From Paramecium tetraurelia (Eukaryota): a stretch of DNA of 64,000 bases. The stretch lies in contig CT868061.1 of the NCBI GenBank assembly GCA_000165425.1, positions 62,001 through 126,000 on the forward strand, given 5' to 3'. The notes below the pieces were generated by a model that did no database searches, had not been told where the DNA came from, and worked only from the letters and a program-made list of their open reading frames with translations. Position 1 is the stretch's first letter. The number at the start of each line of letters is the position of its first letter. A program made the position numbers and the translations under genes. Positions 1 through 11,566 of the stretch are shown piece after piece.

Positions 1-2636
1 TCTAATGTGAACAATCTTTATTCTTCTTCAACAAATCCAATCATTTCAGAATGATATGTATGATAATTGCCAGATCTAGATTGTACAAATTAATTAACGA
101 TACCTCTCTTACATCATCAATAATCATTTTCATCATCCAGACTTATAATGACTATGAGGAAAACAAAGAAATTTATCCACAGAAAGTGCTGTTTTACCTC
201 AACATCATCTTAGCAATAGAATATATCATCAATGTAATAGCCAAGGGATTATTCCTGGATCCAGGTTCGCATTTCAATTCCATCTGGCAGATCGTGGATG
301 TATTTTACATTATTTCCTTCTTCTTTTAATATGAGAAAGATTACTATGTAAAACCAATTTTTTAGATTCTACTTTACTTTGGATATTTTAGACCATTCAA
401 TCTTTTGAATAGAATCAAATTCTTGAATGTTTTAAGTTCAGCACTCTATCAATCTTTGGTTGATATATTAAACGTATTGTTAACTCTCTTTTCAGTCTGG
501 ATCATATTTGGAGTGTATGGGATCATATTATATGAAGGACAATTTGGATTTTGTGAAGATAAGATGCAATTCAGAGTCAATTATGAGGACTGTATTCAAC
601 AAAATAGAACATGGATCAATTTCAAACATAACTTTGACAATATCACAATGGCTATTCCAACATTATTTACAGTCTCCACTTTTGATGGTTGGGGTGAAAT
701 GCTCCAAATTGCTGAAAACAGTGACAATCGAAATGTTGGACCTGTGCCATTTAATAGTTATATACACACCTATGTCTTTTTCATTACGTTTTGCTTTATT
801 GGATCTATGTTTTTCTTGAGTTTGTTCACAGGTGTCTTATTTTCTAACTTGAAGGCTAATCAAAGGAAAATTGAGTAGGGGGAATTCAATTAGAATCAGA
901 AGGAATTTATGGAGATATCGGAAATTATCACCAAAGATATTCCTGTATTTTCTACACCTCCTGACAATGTCATTAGAAGATTAGCATCAATCATCATGAA
1001 TAATTCCATAATGCAAACTTTCTTTTTGCTCATCCTTTTATTGGATGTGGTTAACAATATCATTTTCCATTTTGGTATGAATTTGGAATATCTTGAAATT
1101 ATTAATTACATCCATCATGTATTTTCAGTATTCTTCACAATCTGGAGTATGCTGCAATACTTGGCTTTGGGATTGTTTAGATTTTTTGATAATTATTGGA
1201 GACAATTCCTTTTCATCCTGAATCTCATTGCAGTCATAGATCTGGCTGTAGATCTGAAATACAATTGGGTAGAAATCTATTATTTTTCGAGTCCTTTGAC
1301 TCAATATTATAGACTCTATAGATTGTGTTTTGCTTTGAGGAGCCTTAGATTGATCCTCATTTTTTAGGGTTTGATCAACATTCAGAGACTCATGAGAGTT
1401 ATGGTTTATGCACTCCCATTTTTAGGCAAAATATTCTTCATTCTAATAGACACAATGTTAGTCTTTGCCTTATTTGGATGTCAACTGTATGGATAGATCG
1501 ATTCAGGGTAGGTTATGGATGATCAAATCAATTTTCATAACATTGCTTAAGCTATGCTGACTCTATTTAAATGTGCATCAGGTGATGATTGGAGAACCAT
1601 AATGACTGACACCATGCATCATAATCCTAATTGTTCTACAGATTCAACTTATTGTGGTTCCACTTATAGTTAAATTTACTTTTTTCTGTTTATGTTGTTG
1701 TCCAATTACGTCTTTTTAAATTTGTTTGTCTTGGGATTGATCGAATAATTTGAGTCATTTTTTTAGGTTTAAAATTCAATTATCCAAACTTATGTAGAAA
1801 ATGAAGATAGAATAAAAACGATATGGTGCAAGTATTATTATTATATTTTATAAGATATTCTCCGGAAACTCAAGGCAAGGCTATGCATTATAAGTTTCTT
1901 TGTAGATTCCTATTGGATCTTGGATCTCCTTTGGGAAGAGGAAAGGAGGAGAATCTTTGGGATGCTGCCAAACAAGCCTCTGCGTTCAAATTGAAGTGGT
2001 AAAAAATCAATTACTATTATGTAGTGATCATCATGGGTACATTCAATATAATTAATTGATTTATGAATTGTTTAGGACATGCTTTTATAATGATGTTTTC
2101 AAGACTGGGAGTAAAAATGCCATAAAATAGATTAAATAATATAACAAGGAGATGCAAATGAAATTAATGAATTATCGGAGGAATCTATTCATTAAGCGAG
2201 CCAATATTTGTTTAGTCGACCTAAGAACAAATTTTAACATTCTTCACGATTACTTGAATGTTCTCATTGCTTTTAAGGCATGGGAATCCCATTCCAGAAG
2301 TCTGATCAAGAAGGTCAATAGGAGAAGCAAAGAATACACCGAAAATACTGAATCAGACGAACAAATCCCGGAGGAGTATTATTATGATTCTAATTTTATG
2401 AAAGGCTTCAACAGAGTGGACATTCTTTCTTAAATGAGATAAGCATTTTCAGAGGGTCGGCTTAGATTAGTGACACCGATAGATTCCAACCAGTGATCAC
2501 AGATGATAACCAAAACAAACATCTCTTAACATTTCAAAGTTAGGACATGCTCCTAAATTCAGAACTACCATAATATGATCAGTAATTGCAGAATCATTCG
2601 AAGAATACTTTGTTTATCTATCATCCGGAAAAGTGA
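1..2636 (+). CDS. Four-domain voltage-gated Ca/Na channel-like subunit, 3' part (repeats III-IV and C-tail); 5' end lies outside the window
   Basis: Code-6 reading joins the ORF fragments. Pore loops NFDNI..TLFTVSTFDGW and NFHNIAQAMLTLFKCASGDDW; S6 FLSLFTGVLFSN and FLNLFVLGLIEQF; post-S6 LLDLGSPLG. Introns 1832-1854, 1999-2024 and probably 2376-2404; TGA 2634-2636. Confidence 0.88.
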
Positions 2637-2782
2637 ACTAAGTTTTGATAAATATTTATTTTTTGTAATTAGTTATAATGTATCATTCGCCCAAACTTCA
2701 TAGTCTTTGTTACCATTCTTAATAGTAGTATTATTTTATCAATTTATGTTATACAAGCAATGTTATTAATTAGATAATCAAA

Positions 2783-3385
2783 ATGATTAGTTTGCTGAAT
2801 TCATCAGTACATGATGACTAATATCATTCAAATCACAAACTCAAAAAAAAATATTAGGTTCACAGACAATACAAAATTCCTGATTTTGACAATACTAGCA
2901 GATTCAACATTTTAAGAGGTTCTCCTAATTCCAGCAGAAAATACATTACTATTGAACCGAGTAAATAATCATTAGATTGTGGCTCAGCATTTCAGGGATT
3001 TCAAATTAGAGTCCTCAAACCGCAGGAAAGGTATGAAACTCAAAAAGAAGAAAAATACATTCCAATCACTAAAAGTGCATAACTTAAAAGAAGAAAGGAA
3101 AAGAAAGAAGACAACATCAATCAAACTCAAGACGATTTACTACTACCTAAATTTTATTCACCTATTCAAACCCCAAGGAAGCTTGCTTTAACAAAAATGA
3201 AGGAATCAATCTACAAGCCCTTTTTTAGTAAGTCTGAAAATGTCGACCACATAATTACTATTAATTCAAGATCTCAAATATACGATCAATTAAATAAAGG
3301 GATGAATTTGAAATGTTTGTATTTCTCCTAAAGATAAGAGACTATCGATAAAATTATTGTTATCAACTTTGATAGTATTATATGA
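2783..3385 (+). CDS. Hypothetical protein (~200 aa)
   Basis: Uninterrupted code-6 ORF from ATG 2783 to TGA 3383-3385; no recognised motif. Confidence 0.6.
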
Positions 3386-4014
3386 AATGAATTTATAGAT
3401 TTAATTTTGGGAAAAAGGAAGTCATTTTGGGAATAATCGAGTGAAATCAAATTATGTTCTAAGCTATTTGCCTCATAATGTGATAATTCCTTTTGTTCAT
3501 GTGTCCTACAAAAAGATCTTAAATCAACACTGCAATTGTATATATAACATGACTAACATCAAGATTGTCGAAACATTTTTATGTGATCTTCATTTTCGAA
3601 TGCGGATTAAGAGGATCCACCTGGTCATCATACTTAATTGATTGTGGTTTTGTTATTGATGCCATCTATTGCATTTAGAAATCTAAATTATGTGGAGGAG
3701 GAGGAGGACTTAAAATGAAATAAATTATTTCTCATTTTGGCAAATCTCAAATTAGGGAACTGATCTACTTTGGATTGATAGACACTGATCTCTATTCTGA
3801 CAATTTGCCCATCGAGTAGTTCTACTATTAAATTCCAATTGTATAGTAGTAAGTTTCGGTTCAAATCTTTTTGATGCAGTTATAAAAGTCCAAATCCATC
3901 GATTCTAAATTGCTTTATGAAATCAGCATGCTTCATTGCAATCAGAAGGACTCCTTCAATTACAAAAAATGGTTAAATGTTATAAAATTAAATTTGCAAC
4001 CAATTATTTCTTAG

Positions 4015-4411
4015 ATGATTTAAATGGAATAAGAGGATGAAATTTCAAATTCTATATTTAAAAATCTGTATAATCATTTCATTTATTCATAGTAATTTAG
4101 ATCACTCTTAAAGAAACATTTCGGATGAAGAAGAAGATAAAAACAGTTTATTACAGTGGTTATATCAAACCAAGAGATTGCTATTGGATTACTTTAAAAG
4201 TATTAATAGTGAAGAATAAAATTAAAATCCTATTACTTTGATTGGAGATTTCTTAAGAAGAAATTCTTCTATTGAGATGAATTTTCTTACTCAAGATTAT
4301 GTAAAATAAGCTAAGCGTTTCAATTTGTATAATGAATTAAAAGCTTCTACTACAGCACAGGCAACTTTTCGGAAATAAAGTAAAATGGAATGCTTTGTTA
4401 TTTAAGATTGA
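4015..4411 (+). CDS. Small hypothetical protein
   Basis: ATG at 4015 or 4024. Removing a 25-nt GT-AG intron (4068-4092) gives an open frame to TGA 4409-4411. Confidence 0.5.
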
Positions 4412-4500
4412 TTCTTATGTTTGCTCTATTTATATTAGATCTAAAATATTAATGACTTAAATATCGATAGAATAAATAAATAAGGTGACAGAATAAATGA

Positions 4501-6441
4501 TCAAAATTTTTTCTAAGAAGTTTTAATAATAGAACGAAGTTCTTATTTTTATTAATTCTACTAATTTTGTTTAGCCAGTTGTTTCAACATTTATTGTATC
4601 ATTAATCCCTTTATATTTTTTGAAATTGATTCCTATTTTTCACTGTGAAGTCTTCTAAAATGCTGTGTTTGAGGTGAACTATGGTTATTGTTACTGTGAA
4701 AATTTAATAAAGGAGATTCTTTATCGTGTCTTTCTGTCAGGCATCCTAAGTCTGGTATAGATAACTTATTGTATAAGGCTTTTCCATCTGACTTATTCTT
4801 TTTGTGCTATTTTTTATCACTGTTTTCATTTAATTATTGTTGAGAATTGCAATTAATTTTCAATTTATCGAATTGATTTAGATTTTGACTAGAACTCTAC
4901 TTAATATGATTAATTGGTTTAGACTTTTTGGAATTCAAGACTTTTTTGAATAGAGTCTTAGCCAACTGACCAAATTATTATGATTATTAAGAGGAATTGA
5001 TTGATTTTCCTTTCTTTTACTCTGGTTTAGAATTTTGGAGATTCGATTTCTTATAATTAATAGATGGACTATTTCTATTAGAATAGGAGGTAAATAATGT
5101 ATTGGTTCCTGATAATGGTCGATGAGTGATAGCACCTTGTTTTAGTTTATTGTGTTGATGGTCATGATAAGTATCTTCGATTAGCAACTTAGCCAGAGAA
5201 TTCAACTTGAGATTGTTATTCGATTGGATAACTTATGGTTATTGTGTTTTTAGATGGCTAGAACTGATAGAAACTTTATGCAAGGAGGGAGTGGGTGTAT
5301 TGTTTTGATTGACATCACGTATGATCTTATTGATTTTTAATTGATTCTTAACCACAGTTGTTTTAGATTTGTTTTTAATTTGCTCTTATGGTTTAGTATC
5401 TAATTTTGTGAGACTTTCAATTATGTCAGTGGATGCTTGTCTGTTCGATTTTTTCGATAAATTATTACATTGATCTTTGACGAAGTTTATCTTCTTCTCA
5501 GTTGAACCTATGCTGTATTTGGTATCATTCTTTTTGTGTAGACTATAACTAGGCAATCCCTTCTAATGCATTTTGGCCTTTTGTTTTTGAATTAAATCCT
5601 GGATTTTTTGTTCCTGAGAGTGTTTGGGATTGGGGGATGTTTTCTATTTTTTGTTCATTTTGGTCCCAACGTAAAGTAAGAAATTATCCAAAGTAATCTT
5701 TTCTTTCTTAGGAATAGGAGCAATTGAGAATGAAGACAGGTCTGCAGAGTATTCGAGATGGTTAAGTATGTGATTAATTGTTTATGAGGCATCCTTGTTT
5801 TAGGGCTTTTAGTTCTAAGCATATTATAGTTAATAATTTTATACTTTTAACCAACTTATTTCTTTCAGAACTTAAGTGTGCACAACTTCATTTTCACCTT
5901 CCTCTTGTTCTTGAGGCAGGGATTCTTATGAATTTGCTGGAGATGGCCTTTCACCTACTATGCCTTTAGGTGGTTTTTAAGGATTTAGTTTATTCTCTTC
6001 TTCGATGATTTTAGCTATCCGAAAATAATCATACTTTCGTTTCTTATCATAATATTTATTTAAAACAGTGCACACTGGCTCTTAAAATATTCTAGCAATA
6101 TCTGCATGGAACTATTTCAATCGAATACCATACTTTGTAATACTCTGTAAGTAATGCAATTTTTTATGGATATTCCTCCAACTTATAATACCGCTTGAAG
6201 TATTCATCCTATTGTTAAGCATTAATTAAGGTACTTCTTCATCCATAGTCAGCCAATCTTTGAAGTGTATAACATGTTTTGTTGATGCATCACTTAATAT
6301 TTCATTAATTTCTCTTATGTAATAATAATTTTATGAATGCTGGTATTTCTTATACAAGTTAAGATTCATAACAGCCATTGGCTTTCTAACTATCAGTGGT
6401 AAAGTTTTGGATTCCTCCAAGATTTTAAATTTCTAACTCAT
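4501..6441 (-). CDS. Uncharacterised protein with conserved N-terminal 'SQNYYY.REINEI..EY.KRYY..EYYKFH' domain and a long low-complexity tail
   Basis: ATG 6441 and two tiny introns (~6209-6234, ~6112-6133). Spliced peptide HSQNYYYIREINEILSD..EYFKRYY..LLTEYYKFHADIARIF..YYDKKRKYDYFRI. TGA at 4501-4503. Confidence 0.75.
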
Positions 6442-6635
6442 ATTGTTAATTAATTTTAATTATATAAATTCTCTACGAATGTGCATTTACAAATATTTTT
6501 AACTTATTGAAACACTCAAATCATCCACTAGTCATTTTAATTATCTCCCTTTATATTAGTATTAAAAAGCAATTTATCTATATTTATTGACTTTCATGAA
6601 TATTGATTTATATAAAAATATATAAAGTATATCAC

Positions 6636-7440
6636 TCATTTTGTGAAATCTGCCTTGATTTGGTTGATTAGAATATTAAATTATTCCTCTATGTCTGCTT
6701 TCTTAGCTTTATCTTACTTTTGGTAATGGGGCAGTAAAGATTTTTAAATTGATTGTATTTATAAAACTATAGTTGACAATTCCTTAGGTAATTTCTTAGA
6801 GGATGAATTGAATTATGACTTTTTACTGCTAGATAACCCATTATTTGACAATTTGAGATTTTCCTTAGCTGACTTTTTAGTTCCTGAAAAGGCATCACTT
6901 TCTAAGTTGATTTAATATATATTTCTACTTGATAGAGCCCCAACATAGAGAGAACTTGTCTTCTTGTGAGATGAATTTTATAGGTTAGTGGATGGTAATT
7001 TGGATGTTGATTAGTTGATATCAAATAACTATCTGGGTTTTATCACTATTTCCTCAGGTTTCAGTGGACTCACTTCTCTGGTTTCTGGTATTTCCTCTAA
7101 GATTTAGGGTTAGATGTAGATGTACCTATGACGAAGCTTTCATTTTTCTGTGTAGTAGAATGATAATGAAATGATTGCGACACTTGGGTTGGAGTGCTTT
7201 GGGTAATCGATTTATGCCTTTGCCAAAGATCTATAAGTTGCTCCACGTTCTCATTTGCTTACTTTAGTTTGACTGCGAGAATAATTTTATGAAACATTTA
7301 CCCCTATCCACAGAGAGTGCCTTGGAACTTTATCTAGACTGGTTTAAATTGAGAACCAAAGGTTGTGAATTTATCTTATGATCTGTTCTTAAATAGTGGG
7401 TATTGAAAATTTGAGGACTTTAAACTTATTGATTTTTCAT
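6636..7440 (-). CDS. Hypothetical S/Q/K-rich protein
   Basis: ATG 7440, two candidate GT-AG introns (~7263-7291, ~7098-7126); stop near 6636, approximate. Confidence 0.5.
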
Positions 7441-7577
7441 AACAGCTACAAAATTAAAATTAATTATATCAACATAAAAAGCATCCTTAAACTTAGAAAA
7501 ATTAAATTTAAATAGAACAAATGATAATGCAAAAATGAAAATATCATCTAACCATATATATATATAATAGTTAAATA

Positions 7578-8747
7578 TCATTATTATTTCTTTTTATAAT
7601 TTGGAGTTCCCTAATGCGATTTTATTAATTGCTTAGGGGTCTTGTGTCGAATGGTTAAACTTTTAATTTCTTCTATATTCTTGACATTGAATTGTAACGT
7701 AGTTCTGCCTTTAACAAAAAAATTATTAGTTTATTGAGGAGTGGGTTTCTTCTTGGTTATCAAATTATTAGTGATCGCAATTTTGGTTGAGAAAACTTTC
7801 TTTGCTAGTTCTAATAGTAATTCATTTTATTGGGGATTGTTCCTGACAGTAGTTTAACAAGACTTAGTTAATTCAATGTTCCCTAAGGATGCTTATCTTG
7901 ATTTTAATTAGGGAGGTCGTTTCGTTGTGTGATTCTCAATTTTAATCTTAGTATTGGAAGATTGTCTAGACAATTAAGGAGATCTTAGATTGCGTTCAGT
8001 TTGAGGTGGGGATCTGACAATTCTAGTTTTATTTTCTTTATTTCTATTTGTTTCTATTTATTTACACTAAAGTTTTTAGGCTTCAACGAGAGGATTGATT
8101 TGTTTTTGAATGATTTTGTTGTAATTGAGTATTTGGAAAGGTTGATGTTTCTGTGCATCATTTCCAATCATTTTAACAAGATCTTTTAAAATGGTGGTAT
8201 TATTAGAGATGTCTGTTTGAGTGGATTCAATTTTTAAATCCTTCAATAAGTTCTTCATTTAACTAACAGATTGATCCTCAGAGGTATCTTTGACTTTTCG
8301 TGGAGAGTCCTACTTGATATCCTTATGATTTTGAGCAAGACCCAATTCTTACTTAATTTTACCATATTAGAGCTCCCTATTTCTGTCCATTCTCTTCTTA
8401 ATGATTGTTGAGCAGAAATTCCTTGGAATATTGATGTGATATTTATAGTATTCAAGTAGGGCCGGCAGTCGATCTTCACTTTCGAGAAAACGATAGTATC
8501 TAGATCAGTTGGTTGAGGGTATATACCTCCGCATGTACTCATTTTGATCACTGAGATGCAATTGATCTCTATAACGGATGTTGCATTTCACACATCGATC
8601 TTCGATTATGTCGTTTATGTCTTTTTCGTAAAAGAAGTTTTGTGATTGAGAGTACTTGCAATACAAGGCTCTCTTGAGTATGAGGTGAAAAGATCCATCG
8701 TTTCGCAGTTTTTCGCAAAACATGCACTTGCTTTAATTAACTAACAT
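7578..8747 (-). CDS. Uncharacterised protein of the same family as 4501-6441
   Basis: YSQSQNFFYEKDINDII..EYMRRYY..LLEYYKYHINIPRNF after splicing an intron at ~8501-8527. ATG 8747, TGA 7578-7580. Confidence 0.75.
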
Positions 8748-8822
8748 TTATTAATTTTAATGAGTCAAGAAACAGAAAAAAAGAGATGCATTATTAAATA
8801 TCTTGAATATATAATTATATTT

Positions 8823-10000
8823 ATGCAACCAAATTCAATTAGTTCTCCAAAATTCAAAGTGAGTCGTTTCAATCCTCATAGAGAACATTTGAAAACGTAA
8901 ATTGCACACACTTCTTTGCTTACTCTAAAACCTAGGGCATCTTTGCCTAAAATCTAAAAAAACACCTCTCAGATTTCTCAGAGAAGTGAAATACCATTGT
9001 TAAAAATGCAATCAATGGGGTCTCCTGTAAATCAGAATTATCTCTTGGAAATGGAGAAAGTGTATTGTGTATGGCATAGTGAAACTGGTATAGTGGGGGG
9101 AGAATAGAAAGTATTTAATCCTTAGCATGTTAGAAACATAATTAAGATGCTATTATAGTTTAAAACCTGAACAATTATTAGTTGTTTGTCGTTTGCGATG
9201 GTCATGGATCTTCAGGCCATTTGGTGTCTAACTATGTCTTGAATACCCTAATTCAATAGATAGAATAAGGAATGCAGAGAAATCAATACATGCTCTAATA
9301 CAACACTTAATTGCACAAAACAGTTATCAAAGGAGCATTTGCCAAAACATCCAGTCTCTTGGAATAGAGTTCTCTCCCCATCATTAGAAGTGGATGCACG
9401 TGTAATATGGTGATGTTGCTCTAACAAAATATAGTGCCAGCAGATTTGGGGGATTTTTAATAGGAATTTCAAAAGGAATCAGTAGTGTACTGTGCCAATG
9501 TTGGAGACAGCAGAGCCATGATGGTAAGCAAGGGAGTCAGAGGAGGGTTGATTACTAATTAATTGAGCATGGATCATAGATTGGATGTGGTGGAGGAGAG
9601 GAATAGAATCAAACAGAAGGGAGGAACTATAGCCTAATTATAACACAACGGACAATCAGTGGGTCCATTTAGAGTATGGTTGGATGAGATGCAGGGATCA
9701 GGATTGGCAATGTCCAGAAGTTTTGGAGATACCCAGATGCGATCTGTGGGAGTCACATCAGAACCTACCATTTATGAGTCGAAGGTAAGACAACAGGATT
9801 TGTTTATGGTGATTGCTTCAGATGGTGTGTGGGAGTATATGACAAATTAACAAGTGGCTAAGTTGGTTTATGAGAAATATGAGTAATAGGATCAGGCAGC
9901 TTAGTACTTAATTTAATAGGCTCAGCAATAATGGAAGGAAAATGATGTAGTTGTAGATGATATTAGTTGTATTGTTGTGTTTTTTAATTAATCATTATGA
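8823..10000 (+). CDS. PP2C (PPM) family Ser/Thr phosphatase
   Basis: Motifs NQD, FVVCDGHG, SGCT, ANVGDSRA, DHR, GLAMSRSFGD, IASDGVWE, DDISC. TGA 9998-10000. An alternative in-frame ATG lies at 8760. Confidence 0.93.
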
Positions 10001-10023
10001 TAATAATAAAGATACAATTACAC

Positions 10024-11525
10024 TCATTATTCATAATAATTTTATTGCGGATTCATGTAAAAGTCCAGTAACATAGATCTTTACTAATCACTGTTCACAC
10101 TTATGGAACTCTTTTGATTCAGGAACTCTTTGAACAAATCCTAGTCTATTTTATCGTATTCATCTTCATTTGTATCTAATATTAGGATACATTCATAATT
10201 TACAGCAACTTTCAATTATTTCCTATCTTCTTTATTTGTAATTGACCAGAGCCTACTCCTTGCCTAGTTCGACCAATTCAATCAACAATTGCTTCATTAG
10301 AAATCTCTTTTTGTTAACAAGTGTCCTAGGGAAGAGTTTCAATTTGTAAATGCCTTCTGGGGATTCGAAATCTGATAAGAGATAATTTGGATTGGACAGG
10401 AATGATTCTGCATACTCTAGAAGGAAAGCCCCACAATCCACATAGTTAACTTGTCTTGGCACTAAGAGTTAATAGGCTGGGATTTGCTTGATTGGAGAAT
10501 CATTATAATTGACATCAGATTGTATTTTATCACATTGCATTTTATGTAGATACCTTAAGAATATATGAATAGACATACATCTTTATTATTGTAACTAACT
10601 TTTAATCTATAATTCCAAAGCTGTCTAAGTATATAATGATGGAATCTTAAAAAGATTTGCTTTGTTTATGAGCGATCAGGAGAGACCAATGCTCAGGTAA
10701 ATTGATGGGAAATAGTAAATACTCTTTTTCAGTCAAATCTTCTTTGACCCATCTCTTTATATGCTCATAGGATTGCTTGAAAAGCTCATTTATTCTATGA
10801 TTGTCATTCTATTAGATTGTCTGCAATTTGTCAAAGGGACATAGTTTCTCCACAAAATAAGTGTTAAAAATGTATGTTTTTGGATCTCAAGGATTCATCG
10901 AGTAATTCGAACTCGATAAAATTTTAAATAAAAGTTTATAATTCCATCATTCAAATAATTGGGTGGATTTAATTTTAAAACATCGTGATATTTGATTTAA
11001 ATTGTCTTTTTTTGAGTGCCACTTGAAAATTAGAAGTTGTATTCATAATCCTCTTTCAATTAAGTGTCTAATTCTAGTATTCTCTCCAAGATTTCTTAAT
11101 CTTAAAACTTCGCGAATCGCTCTTTCTGCTGCAACTTGATTTGATCCCACATTTATTGATGCTTCATCTAAGTCTACCTTTTAGTCCTATCATTTGACTC
11201 GAAATTTAAACTAATTATTGATAATTGTACTATTTTGGATCACTATATAATGGTGTTACTAATTATAATTAACAAATTAATTTATCAATATTCTCAAGCG
11301 CTCTTTTTGTATCTGCTTGTGAAATGAATTTAGGTTCTATCGGTTGTTTTTAATCTTCAATCTAACGAATTGGTTTACAGATATTACCTATTTTGGAATC
11401 TTTTGCTTCACTTCCTCTTCTGGCAATTCAAAATCTACCTCTTCCAATATTTTGAAAGCATTCTGAATGCCTTATTTGTATTGCTAGAAGTAATTGATAA
11501 TATTTGGCTGCTTTTATTCAGACAT
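10024..11525 (-). CDS. Ulp1/SENP (peptidase C48) SUMO protease
   Basis: NYLNDGIINFYLK, FNTYF, PINLPEHWSLL (His), YLDSF (Asp), VPRQVNYVDCGAFLLEYAE (Gln/Cys). ATG 11525, TGA 10024-10026. Confidence 0.92.
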
Positions 11526-11566
11526 TTTAATTTAATAATAATAATTTGTTTTTAATATATATTTTA

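Noticed and set aside
2494..2496. Early TGA as channel stop or readthrough site
   Set aside because: A 29-nt GT-AG intron (2376-2404) shifts to a frame open until 2636, which is the simpler explanation.
3440..3950. Possible minus-strand gene
   Set aside because: Long open stretches exist in two frames, but I found no consistent start or splice solution and no motif.
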